A DNA stretch of 64,000 bases from the human T2T-CHM13v2.0 reference genome, Homo sapiens: NCBI RefSeq assembly GCF_009914755.1, contig NC_060933.1; one strand, written 5' to 3'. The notes beneath the pieces were generated by a model. That model saw only the letters and a program-made list of their open reading frames with translations. It made no database searches and was not told the origin of the DNA. Both the position numbers and the translations under genes were made by a program. How positions within the stretch are numbered: the first letter of the stretch is position 1; each line of letters begins with the position of its first letter. Of the stretch, positions 27,158 through 40,079 are shown one piece after another.

Positions 27158-30100
27158 GTACGTAAATCAATCATCCTGATGTTAGAATTAGCAAATTAGT
27201 CTTCTGCTGCTTATCTATATATATAGAGATATACATATACATAGAGAGAGAGATTATATGTTTTTAAGATGGTAGATGGTATATTTTGCAATCCATCCTG
27301 AGTTCTGCTTTTGAATAATACTAGCCTGCTCAGACTGTAAGCTTATCATTCAAAAACCACTTTAAGGTAGAATCATGTTACACTGGAGTGAAAACAGTAA
27401 TTCACTCTGATTAGATACAGTTTATGGGTTTATATTATGTCTTTCTTTCCCTCCCTTTGTTCTTTCCTATTTTTCCTCTCAATAGGACCCTAGTCATTAA
27501 AGCACTGTTGCTAACTATTAAACAAACAAACACTGCCTAAAGTATTATTGCACTACCACTAACATGGAATTCCAGATGTGATATTATTCTGCATAGGGGC
27601 TTTAAATGTCCACTTTTTATTTCAGATAAATTATAATTAAGTATAAAAGGCAATTTTTTAATATTCTTATTGTTCAAAACATTTTAGGAGACATTTTTTC
27701 TAAACAAAATTCAATGTGCTGCATTGCTTTTTTAAAGTACAGTACTTTTGAAAACTAGAAAAAAGGTAATGAAAGTAACTCAGGAACTTTTAAAAGAAAG
27801 TGTTCCCTTTATAATATATTCATAAGAAAACCGGAGAAGCTGAAAAATACTCTAGCTACTGAGTGTGTTCACTGCATTGGAAACAGCTCCACAGAGAGCA
27901 GAAATTAGAATTGGGATTGAAGTAGACCTATGCTCTATTTTCTTTGCTTATTTGGCCCTCAGGGAGTCAGCTGCTATTTAGAACCAAGGGTTTATATCAG
28001 ATCATAAATGGTTGGAGTAATCCACAGCAGCCTGCTCCATCTCAAATTAAACCAAGCCCAGAAAATAATTTTATTTTGAACTGTAAGGGTTTGATGGAAA
28101 AATCTCCAAATACATAATGAATTAGAATCCAAATAGAGGTCCCTTGACGTCATCTAGTGCAACTCCCCATTGATGCTTCATTCTCCCATTTCTTCCTGAA
28201 CAATCACAACCATATACCACAGATATGTTAAATATATATTTACGCAAATATGCATTCATATATTCAATGCATATGTATTCACACATGTATATACACATCT
28301 ATCGATGTTTATATAATACATATATACAAGTGAAAGTTGTCATCCAGCATCTACTTAAATATGTCTAGTGACTGGCAGGGAACTCATTTTTCACCTAATG
28401 ATCACATATAGGAAAGGAATTTGACTTATACTAGATATACTTCTTGTTTTTCTTGTTATTTTTAACTCTTTCACTACGTGGCTATGTCATTAGTCAGCTC
28501 ACTCCTACTTTCCTATGACTATATTGATAAAGACAATAAATAGCTTTAGAATGTTCCTAATGTATCATTTTTCTGGTTTTATCCAGAACTCTTGACCTTG
28601 AAAAAATAATGAAATAGCAAAAAATTAATTTTTTGAAGTAATGAAAATAGCAAATGATTAATTTAACTGAACTAAGATTTCATTTGGTTTCAATTTCTGT
28701 ATCTGTGAAATAAATGTTCATAGGATATATGTATCTGTTTGTATGAAAGCCATACATTTCATTATTTCAAGATAAAGGTAAAGTTGGACCTCAGGAGTAA
28801 GCAACGTCAAGTTTATGTTTTTCCTGTAAAGGCAACTCCTAGATTTCTGTTTTATCTGTGATCTCTCTTGTTTATATTTCTCTGGCATAACTAATGCCTA
28901 TATTACGTTAAAATTGATTTCTTATAGGTTGGGATTTTTCTCCAAATGCCTAAATCCCAATGGTATATTAAAACGATCCTCCTGGGTGTGTGTTTGTACT
29001 ATGTCCTTGTATACACTCTTGGCATGTCTATGTATCACAATGGGAAAGAACAATAAATTTTATTTCTTACCCCCTTGTATGTCTGATACTGAACTAGTTA
29101 TAAAGATAGATATTCAGCTTTATTGGCAAAGTCTTAGTAAATGGAAACTATTTTTACAACTGTGTTTTCATTCGTAAGAAGAATTAAGGCTCAAAAATGG
29201 TTCTCAAATGGCAGCTACCCACTGATCAAGGCCATTTAAATTATTTAAATGGGGTTAAGAACACAGGTATAGATACAAAACACAATTAACATATTTTTAC
29301 CTTGTTCTTTCCTGCTTTCAGTCCTTGACTGTAACACATATCTGGACATAATATGAGAATGTAGTCTGAATAATTGTCTTGATTTATAATTAATCTATGC
29401 CACTCTTGTGCATCCTGCTTAATTTGAGAATTTCTTAAACACACTCTGTGTTTAAAAAAATTAAAAGCCAAAAGAGGCTAAATGTATGATGTATAAATTC
29501 ATTCAATGTTCTCCAGGATAAGATTCTTGGATATGTCTTTTTTTTATTCCAAGCACTTACCTGGTTACCATCTTCAGATCTCCTGACATGCTCTCTCTCA
29601 GCTTTTGTTACGCTTTCTTTAAAGTACACAAACATGTTTTACTTCAAGATTCCACATAACCCTATTATTATACAAGTATTCACATGATAATTTTCTACGC
29701 ATAGAACTGTAGTTGTATGCTGGGACCATAGTATAAATTTTTGAAATAATATTGCCTCATTTGTCTTTCTATGATCACTGACATTGAAAAAGATACTTAC
29801 TGCTATTTGTGAAATTACACTATGGTCAGGTCCAAGTGCTGAGACAGAAATAAATCACTCTCCCTTTAGTAGGGTCAAGCTTAAGAATTTTAGAGTACCA
29901 ATTAGAAAATGTGCTCTTTTATAGCATCTTAATATTCTAAGTGATTAAATGTACATTTAAAAACATATTCCTACTTCACTGTCAGATCAAATCTAATGTG
30001 AATACATACTTATGTATTCAACCCAACTTTAATCTGAATCAGGCCTGATATTCATCTCCAGAAGGAAGCCCTCCAGAGATTTATGTGGAGACAAAGGAGA

Positions 30101-31561
30101 ATTGGTCTTACCCATTGGGAAGAGAAACTCTCTACAGAGCTACTTCATTCTCTTGAAAGAGATCAGAAAGTCTCCCAAGGGCCAAACAGAGGGCCTCAGT
30201 TTCCCCACAATGACATTTTCTTATGTGTCTCCTGGGGAAATACACATAGGAAAATATTGTATTTGGCAGCATGTCTTGGCTTTTGGCAGGCAGATAACAG
30301 TTGTTGCCTAAACTTGAACAGTGCAGAGAAAATGTGAAGGAAAACCCTTTGTAACTAGGAAAAACACATGATTCAGGCTCATGCAGAAGAGAAATCAAAC
30401 TCACAATGTACACAAAAAACCCGCCTACAGAATAATTAATGTCTCAATGGTGTGCCTGTGCAACATTTTAAAATTTTAACTATTCAAATGGATCAACCCA
30501 GTGACATTTTGTTTCTCTCATTAAAATTATATCTCTCATAATTCTAAGAGAAATCTTAAATCTCCTTAGCAATCCTCATCAATAAGCAGAATATATGTAA
30601 AAAAGACCAGCTCAACTCAGTCCCAATATTTCTGTTTTTAGAAATTCTACATTCTGTAAATCTACAGGAGGAGAGAAGAGAATTTGGCAAAGATATCTCT
30701 CTGCATCTGGGACCTAATGCTTCAGAGCTGTGTAAAGCTCTGAAAAAAAAATCAATGGAAGTCTCTTAAATGTTTTGACAATATTGTTATTTTCTACCTT
30801 ACTTAACTATATGTCTACTTTCAGATGCCATTAGCCTTCCAACTCAAACCAAACCTCTTCACAGTTCCAAGAGTTACTTACTGGAGGAACTCTAACTACC
30901 AGTATCCCTCAACAGTTAGGGAATATGTAGATAATATTAACGCTTCTGCTCCTCAGCTTAATAATGATAGCACAGTTTGAACATCAGAATTGTGCTGAAT
31001 CTAAGTAGTCCCAAAGCTGATGATTGCAGAAGCAAAGGAGAGTCTTTTGTTTACCTTGATCTTTTATGAGCTTCTTCTATTAAAAAAAAATACCTAGAAG
31101 TTAAGTAATAAAGCATTACATTGAAAATAAAAAGTATCTGCAGGTGCAAACCATTAGTGTTAACTGAGTATACCACTTTAGTCTTGAGATGGATACTTAA
31201 TGAGTTTAATGAAAATAAATTTTATATATACATATCCTGAAACTATGGGAGAAGGACAGAACTACATCCTACATCTTCTGAGTAGGTTACAGACGGCACA
31301 CATATCTTTGTGGACAGCTCTCAAAACTGTAATGGCTTACATTTGTATAGAGCTTCACGGTTTGCAGAGCCCTTTTGCCAATGTTGAATCCTTCTCTCTT
31401 ACTCATCAGGTTTCAGGCAATAGATGGCTTTTGGTTTTCTGGACCTTAGCCTCTCAGAACCTGATTATACCAATAGACATGGGGAGTGGGTTGGTGGACC
31501 AGTCACTGAGGAGGCTTAGCAATGTGCATGTCTGCCCTGATGACTCCCCTTGCTTCTGTAG

Positions 31562-31766
31562 GTGGGAGGCCACCCCATGGACCGCGTGCTCCTCCTCGTG
31601 TGGGGGGGGCATCCAGAGCCGGGCAGTTTCCTGTGTGGAGGAGGACATCCAGGGGCATGTCACTTCAGTGGAAGAGTGGAAATGCATGTACACCCCTAAG
31701 ATGCCCATCGCGCAGCCCTGCAACATTTTTGACTGCCCTAAATGGCTGGCACAGGAGTGGTCTCCG
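31562..31766 (+). CDS. ADAMTSL1: ADAMTSL1 coding exon (~exon 11): (R)WEATPWTACSSSCGGGIQSRAVSC...CPKWLAQEWSP; TSR
   Basis: Acceptor cttctgtag|GT, donor CCG|gtaact; 205 nt, phase 2-0; TSR signature W..CSxSCGGG...R. Confidence 0.97.
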
Positions 31767-32943
31767 GTAACTGTGCCTTCTTTCTTTGTTCATTAGGAGA
31801 GTAAGTCCACTCTTCCCTCTCATCATCATGGCCCCACCGGGTACCCTGAGCAGCTCCACACTCTTCTTGAGGTGTCTAGAAGCCTACCAGCTTAGCTCCT
31901 GGAGTAGGAATGCCCCAAATCCAGCATGACGAAAAGTAAATGATGTTTTTTTAAAGTGTCTTTCTTCAAGTTTCTTCAAGAAGCCTCTATTGTTCCCCAG
32001 ATAATGTTCCCTCAAATAGCACGGGGAAGCAACTGCCTTTCAAGGGTAATTGAGGCTGAATGAATGATCCCGAATCTGTAAAAGCTGCTTTGATGATAGA
32101 GCTCAGTAGACCAGAAGTTTGATTTCATTTTGTATGTATTATGCTTTGTATCCGAAAGGGTCTAAGTGGATTAATATTAAAACTATGTATATTAATCATT
32201 GGAGAAGGGGGAAGAGGAAATGAAAATAGCACAAAAATTAAAATTGGAACGAAGTAAGATAATTAAAACAAAAAACTTATAGATGTTAGGAAACCTGCTG
32301 TAATTAAACATAAAATGTCATTCAGGGTTTCCTGACTGCTAATGCAGAAAGGAAAATCGTAAAGGAAACAGAAAGATGAAATAAGCCATTGTGCCCTCCG
32401 CCTCAGAAATGACAAAAGACTCTTCACTGAGCCCTGTGGCTTCATGGCAGCAGATCAGAGCTGTGACATTTTCTACATCTAGACATGCTACCAGACATGG
32501 GGAACCATTAGAGGTGCAATCTACATTGGGCATCTGGTCATTCAATCTGTTTTTTTAAATGTTATTTTTGCCTTTCAATGTAATCAATTGGATTAACAAT
32601 GCTGCAATATAATTTAGCTATAATCGTAGTTTAAATTTTTTGATATCCATGTAGGGGTATTTCCCATATTTTTGGAAGTAGCGGTCATTAGCAAAGTAAC
32701 TAAATAAAATACAGTGCTGGTAGTCAAAATTAAGCACACTCTACAGTCTCTTTTCTCCTTTCTTCTTTTTGGTGCTTGGTTTGAGACTTTGCACACAGTG
32801 GGTACTTAAAGATTGCTGACTGATTAATCCAAAGCTATGGAATTGAAAGTGATTTAATTTTCAGCGAGCTTCACCTCAAATAGCCAAATAGAACAAAGAT
32901 CCCTTGACTGGTAAGAAGTGGTATAAATTTACCAGGAGTCCTC

Positions 32944-32974
32944 GTGTGTGTGGGGGGGGGGGGGGGGGGCGGGG
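32944..32974 (+). repeat. (GT)n followed by G18-C-G4 tract
   Basis: Directly visible ~100 nt upstream of the exon-12 acceptor. Confidence 0.95.
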
Positions 32975-33071
32975 AAAAAGAAAACTTAGATTAAAAGTTT
33001 TCTATGGGAAGTGAAGAAAAGTAAACAAGGCTTTGCCTACGAGTCTCCTCTCTCTTGCAATCTCTTTCCAG

Positions 33072-33219
33072 TGCACAGTGACATGTGGCCAGGGCCTCAG
33101 ATACCGTGTGGTCCTCTGCATCGACCATCGAGGAATGCACACAGGAGGCTGTAGCCCAAAAACAAAGCCCCACATAAAAGAGGAATGCATCGTACCCACT
33201 CCCTGCTATAAACCCAAAG
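33072..33219 (+). CDS. ADAMTSL1: ADAMTSL1 coding exon (~exon 12): CTVTCGQGLRYRVVLCIDHRGMHTGGCSPKTKPHIKEECIVPTPCYKPK(E)
   Basis: Acceptor tctttccag|TG, donor AAG|gtaact; 148 nt, phase 0-1. Confidence 0.97.
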
Positions 33220-34149
33220 GTAACTTGACAGGTGCTCTATTACCAGCCTGTTAATTGTTGTGTGTAGTCAGGTGTGTTTTAAACTCCTTGGAATATTTTT
33301 AAGTATCCCAAGTATTCTTAGTAAGAATTCTTTATAACTTAAACTCTACTAAAGGAATTTGATTATCTTAAAGAATCTTTCAAGTGATTTTGATTGCAAA
33401 ATTTCATTAACCACTACATGTAGAAATATATTTATATAATTATCTCCCAAGTCATAAAGTTGTTTGAGGACTATTGCTGAAGAATACGGATGTACCTGCT
33501 TAAAGGGAGACCAGATATTCTAGAAATATATGTTTGATTTACTATCCACATTTCTTGCCTTTAAAAACAAGGGAGTGAACCCAAGTATGTCTATTTTGCT
33601 AAGGCTGAAGTACCTTGGGAAGTCTCATACTTCAAACTGATGAAACAGAAAACTGTCACTTTTTATATTGAAAATTAAAACATTAATATGAGACTGAATT
33701 CCAGAACCATAATTTAAAATATATCAGAATTTAAAAGATATTGCAATAATTTATAAAAAAGAAATTTTAGGAAAGTGTAGAACTAAGCATTTAGTGAGCC
33801 AGACTTATAATTACACTGGATATCTCAGATTAGCAAGAATATGAATTTGATTTCTGTACAAGTATTGTTACTTGTCTGTGTCAATGGAAAAGAAAAATTC
33901 AAAGTCACAAACCATTCAGAAGTAAAGAACTCTTTAAACCCCCTTTAATTTTTAATATTAAATATGGCTCCCATTTCTTTATTTTTTAAGCCATTAAATT
34001 TCTCTGAAAAATCAGTCACAGTGTAGCTCTTTATTATACTATAGGTGGCCCTAATTGCAACTGAATGGCATCATAAAATCTAAATTAATGATATAAAAGG
34101 AAACAAAAAAAAACAGAAATCCTGATTAACTTTAATAAATGCATCTCTC

Positions 34150-34295
34150 TCGAAGCCTTGGTTTCCTCCTCTGTAAAATGGGTGTAATAATAGTATCTAA
34201 ATCAGAGATCATGCGTAGGTTAAATGAGATATAACATAAACAGGGTGGTTAACCTAGTGCCTGCAATATAGTAACTTCTACATACAGTAAGTTAC
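34150..34295 (+). mobile_element. MIR
   Basis: gccttggtttcctcctctgtaaaatgggtgtaataatagtatct...ttaaatgagat. Confidence 0.7.
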
Positions 34296-34482
34296 TTTTA
34301 ACTCCTGACTATCGTCAGTGCCCTCAACTATGGGAGGAGGTTGCCACAGGTGCGTCTGACAGGATTTAGTTCAAAACAGCAATAAAGTATTACAAGCTTA
34401 CTATGAGTGCCAAACTGAATGCTTCCTTATTGAAAGACAGAGAGCTAACTATGCCACCAGAGACAGCTTCATTTACTGAGGT

Positions 34483-34788
34483 TTTTTTTGTTTTTTTTTT
34501 TTGAGACGGAGTCTCACTCTGTTGCCCAGGCTGGAGTTCAGTGGCGTGATCTCGGCTCACTGCAACCTCTGCCTCCCAGGCTGAGGCGATTCTCCTACTT
34601 CAGCCTCCGGAGTAACTGGGATTACAGGCGCATGCTGCCGTGCCCAGCTAATTTTTTGTATTTTTTTTTTTTTGGTAGAGACGGGGTTTCACCTTGTTGC
34701 CCAGGCTGGTCTCGAACTCCTGAGCTCAGGTAATCGCCTCGGCCTCCCAAAGTGCTAGGATTACAGGCGTGAGCCTCCACGCCCAGCC
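34483..34788 (-). mobile_element. AluS
   Basis: Poly-T plus antisense Alu dimer. Confidence 0.94.
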
Positions 34789-35976
34789 GACTGAGTCATT
34801 TACTGGGATAGTTGGAGTAGTTGTAAAATGATGTATGTATAGGTACGGTGTTGCTGTGTTTAAAATGTTAGCAAATCATTTTGGCTTTGGCAGTTTTATA
34901 TTTCTCACTTGCTTTGTTTTTTGACTATAAATAATTGCTGTGCATAGAGAACAAGAAGTGATGCCCCTAACTTAAAATAGTCAATTGTTTATTAGCTTTA
35001 TCTTTACCAAGCCACTTCAGAGAAAGAAAAGCAGTTTGCAGTTAACTATCAAGAATCAAGTCTGGATTTTCACAACCAAGGAGTGAGCCTGGCTCTCTAA
35101 ACATCATTAAAATACCATATAATTCTATGGTGCATATATGTATAGACATATTTCTTTCATCTTTGCAATTGTATGTTATAAAATGGTGATAGAGCATCAT
35201 TGGCTCATACTATAAAGGCAAATATCCCCATAAATGACCCTAATAAATATGCTAGAATGGGAATCTTGGCAGTTACTTCTGTAAGAGCCGTTAGAACATC
35301 CCTCTTCATTTTTCTCCTCCACAATTTTTTTCCCAGGAAGTAACTAGGAAGTTTGTTTTGAATTGTTTGGCCAAAGCTAGATAAATAGGTGAAATAAGTC
35401 AAATTATGTGTTATGAACCCTCATTTGCACATATTCCAATTGTCAGTGAGCCTTGGGGTAGTACTGAATGAGTCAGATATCTAAATCAATGTTTTGTGAA
35501 TTTCAGAGTGAAAGAGTTTGTTTTTGGCAATGTGACATAGATCACACTTAGCTAAAAGGCAAAAAAAAAAAAGTTAGAATTTATGAAAATATCACAATAT
35601 AATTGACTGTACTTTGTTTTCCAAGGTAAATGCTGCTCTATCTTTTCAAGAGGGAATGGTAAAAAGATACTTCGATGATTCTTTATATGCATATTGAGCT
35701 AGTGCTCCTACACTTACAACTTTCATAATAAAATGACTTTCCTTTGCTATTCATCATAATAAAGAGAAAGCTTGCACACAAACTAGTATTATTAAACATT
35801 TTAAAATTCGACTTTATTTTTCTAGATATAACCATCATCAGAGGCAGCAATTTACCCAAAAACTTATTCGTGTTGGTCAACGTAGTAACTTCTTGGTGAG
35901 GAGAATAAGGAATTTTCCTAAAATCCCAGATTGGTTCTAACCTCTTCTTTTGTATGTGCATGCACTGAATTCTCAG

Positions 35977-36061
35977 AGAAACTTCCAGTCGAGGCCAAGT
36001 TGCCATGGTTCAAACAAGCTCAAGAGCTAGAAGAAGGAGCTGCTGTGTCAGAGGAGCCCTC
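35977..36061 (+). CDS. ADAMTSL1: ADAMTSL1 coding exon (~exon 13): (E)KLPVEAKLPWFKQAQELEEGAAVSEEP(S)
   Basis: Acceptor ttctcag|AG, donor CTC|gtaagt; 85 nt, phase 1-2; in frame with both flanking exons. Confidence 0.95.
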
Positions 36062-36215
36062 GTAAGTTGTAAAAGCACAGACTGTTCTATATTTGAAACT
36101 GTTTTGTTTAAAGAAAGCAGTGTCTCACTGGTTGTAGCTTTCATGGGTTCTGAACTAAGTGTAATCATCTCACCAAAGCTTTTTGGCTCTCAAATTAAAG
36201 ATTGATTAGTTTCAA
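36062..36215 (+). terminator. ADAMTSL1: Intronic terminal extension of the short punctin-1 isoform: stop TAA 36063-36065, poly(A) signal ATTAAA 36194-36199
   Basis: The unspliced donor reads TCG TAA; ATTAAA is followed ~14 nt later by CA and then GT-rich gtgtttgt. Confidence 0.75.
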
Positions 36216-37185
36216 AAAGTGTTTGTCAAAGCTGATGATTGCATTGTAAATACTTCTGTTTTGCCTAAAGTAAGAAAATGAAGGTGTAGTGCTTACCCTC
36301 TTCTCCAAAATCTGACCTCCTCTCTTCTCTGCGCAAGGGGCCAAAGGTGAGAAGGCCCAGGCTGCAGCTGATGATATAACATAGATTTGATGCCAAAGTC
36401 TGAGCTGCTTTTCACACTCTCCCAGTTTTGCAATACAGTCACAAAAATTAAAGAGCAAGTAAAGTATACCTGAGGGCAAAGGAAGTTCATTAACTTTTCT
36501 TTTCCCTTTCTTCCTGGGATTGGTATCAGGGATGGACCTGCTTATTTGCCCCACTTGATTATGTCCCATGTCTACTCAATTTTATCAAGTCCATGGAATC
36601 TGTAAAACCGTGAGGCCCAGATTTGCCAGTGTCTTCAGAAGAGGAAACAAATAGGAGAGACAAAAGTAGATTAAGTGGATGATTGATAAGTTTATGTATT
36701 GATTTCATTAGAAAACACTGATAGGCATAGCTGCTACATCACTTTTACAAACGAGGGGATACAATTGATTGAAAAATTTCATCTATGACCCAAGAAATTT
36801 CTCAGGTTGAAAAATTTTCTAAATTAATTCATTTAATGTAAGTTCTAAGCTCTGTGCTATTCACTGGCACTTAAGATAACTCATCCACCCTCCAAGAGTT
36901 AATAGTGGAGCATGTAGGATATAAAATGATTTCCAAATTTTACTGGAGATATAAATTAACGTTGCAACCTATTTAAATGCAATTTAGAATTTTCTCAGAT
37001 TCATTCTGTTTGAATCTAAATCTGATGTGGTTTGCCAGAACACAACTGTGTTCCTGAGTGCACAAGAAATCCAAAATATAGATTTGTACCATAACCAAAG
37101 GTCACTTGTAAAGAAACTATATTCTGTCATTTGATTTCACATACACCAAAAGGATGCACACATTAGAAAACACTTTTTTTCCCTA

Positions 37186-37503
<318 letters not shown>

Positions 37504-39360
37504 TAGAAGGATAATTAAGCAAACATAAATTATTTCTGTACTGTAAAGTTACTACAGCAAACTTTTTGACTTCTTTGAGAAAAAGCAACTAACCACTGCA
37601 GAACTTTGGAGGAAAGGGAGTGATTAAAGATCACAGTGTAACCTTGGAATGAAAATATAAAGGCTTACAATTTTTTGCTTCTCCTCTGCCAGTACCTGAT
37701 TTGACAGGCCTTTTTGTTGCTGAGGAGTAAATAAGCAGTTCTTTTTAGGGGGGCATTAATAACTTCTTAATCCAGTAAGGTCCTATTTAAGACACAGAAA
37801 GATGCTATGTAATTAGAGCTGGTGACTCCTTTTATATCCTATTGGGTTAAATCTATTTGAAACCAGTTATGTTTTATTTTACCTAAATAAACTCTTTTCC
37901 CCTTGTACACTGTATTTTGTCACTTGGACTAAAGCGTAATCCTATGTATAATCTTGCGTTCTGGCTGATGGTAAATAATAATACAAAATTGAAAGTAAAT
38001 GGAAACATCTTACATCGATAAGCATCTTCCCATTATTAGATGCCTTTCAGATGAAAGCTATCAGTGGAGTTTAATGCATCCACAGAAGCATTACATAGAC
38101 CATCGTCAACCATATTTTGTCATGAATATTTTCTACTAAAGATCCGATTAAGATGCATTACGTTTAACTTTAATCTTAATAAAATCTTTAAAGTAGTTAA
38201 AAAAGTTTTAGCCATTGAAAGTATAGCCATATATTAAACTATTAAAATTTACTCTTAGTGTAATGAAATTGCCATCTTGGCATGATTAATCTGAATTGGA
38301 GTAGATTGTAATTGGAGTGCTGGTGCAGGGTAAGGGAAATGTATACTATTGTGCTCAGAATAATAATTACTTTTATACCAAAATAAAATAAATGACAGCT
38401 GTAGAATAATGTAATGAAAGGTATATGGTTTCTACATTTTAATACACTTTATGTGTTTAGTGCACTGCACCCTAAGAAACGTCCTAAGTGTCACTTTTTT
38501 TTATCTATATTGATTTTGAATTTAAAAAACATAATGTTGCATGGCCTTAATTCCATCTTTTCTTAAACCACATAGACCGTTTCTAAATGTATGTAACAAC
38601 CTATAATTACTCTCTGAAGCATATTGAAAAAATGATCAACTGTCAGCAAGTCATTCCTTCCCCCCACCAAGGAGACTCACACTGCTTAAATTAAATGGTA
38701 ATGTTTAGAAGCTGTGGCTGTCACTTCTGAACTGCTACAGTGAGGCAAGAACAGTGGTCCACAACTATTATCTCTTGCTTTGGCTCCAGCTAACATTGGA
38801 GAGTTCTGTGGTAAAGCAGTAAATATCATTTATTTCCGTATATGGAAAGTGAAAATATTATCACCAGCCTATCTCATTATGTAATACAGAAAAATCACCA
38901 GATGAATGTCTTCAGCTTATGAAGATAACCTTGTTCGATGTTAGATACTTTTAGTAAACCCAAAATGTAAGGACAAGATTGGTTAGCACTCAGGCCAAAC
39001 ATATGTTGGGAAGTAACCGCTTTAAGATGTTTAGAAGAAAACAATGATAAAAGACTAAAAACTGAATTGCCAAGAAATAAATAACACGTTATAGACCAGA
39101 AGAATGTACCAACAGCCAACATTGTGGTTGCAGTAAACACCATGCACAAGATATAAATCCAGATATCAATTTCATAGAACCACTGAAATAAATATGGAGA
39201 TTGGCTCACATGGTGGTAATATGTAGATAGATTCATTATATAAAGCTGAATCTTCAACTCAAAAATACTTCTACATGTTGATTTTTTTTCCCTCAACAAC
39301 AGATTGGTTTGTTATGACACATCTGATTCATGTGGTAGAAAGGTAGGAATATTGTGATGA

Positions 39361-39690
<330 letters not shown>

Positions 39691-39718
39691 GAATATATTT
39701 TCTAGGTATGTACAACAT

Positions 39719-39930
39719 GAGGAATTTAAGACCAGCCTGGGCAACATAGCAAGACCTCGTCTCTACTAAAACTCAGAAAACTTAGCCAGGCATGGTAGTG
39801 TGTGCCTATATTCGCAGCTACTCAGGAGTCTGCGGCTGGAGGGTTGCTTGAGCCTGGGAGGCGGAGGCTGCAGTGAGCTGAGATCTTGCCACCAAACTCC
39901 AGCCTGGGTAACAGAGCATTTCAAAAAAAA

Positions 39931-39964
<34 letters not shown>

Positions 39965-39969
39965 TATAT
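39719..39969 (+). mobile_element. 5'-truncated AluJ-like with A26 and (TA)n tail
   Basis: Starts mid-left-arm (gaggaatttaagaccagcctgggcaac). Confidence 0.88.
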
Positions 39970-39971
39970 GA

Positions 39972-40079
39972 CTGTGACTAAGAATGCCTAATCTCCTGGG
40001 AATGCAGCCCAGCCAGTCTCAGCCTCATTTTACCCAGTGCCTATTTGAGATGGAGTTGCCTGGTTCAAATGCCTCTGAC
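39972..40079 (-). mobile_element. MER41-family LTR 5'-end fragment
   Basis: Minus strand reads GTCAGAGGCATTTGAACCAGGCAACTCCATCTCAAATAGG...GCTGCATTCCCAGGAGATTAGGCATTCTTAGTCACAG. Confidence 0.75.

Noticed and set aside
31200-31561. 120-codon open extension upstream of exon 11 (198-aa ORF)
   Set aside because: No recognisable domain or signal peptide; a good acceptor at 31561 explains the coding part, so this is most likely a chance open frame.
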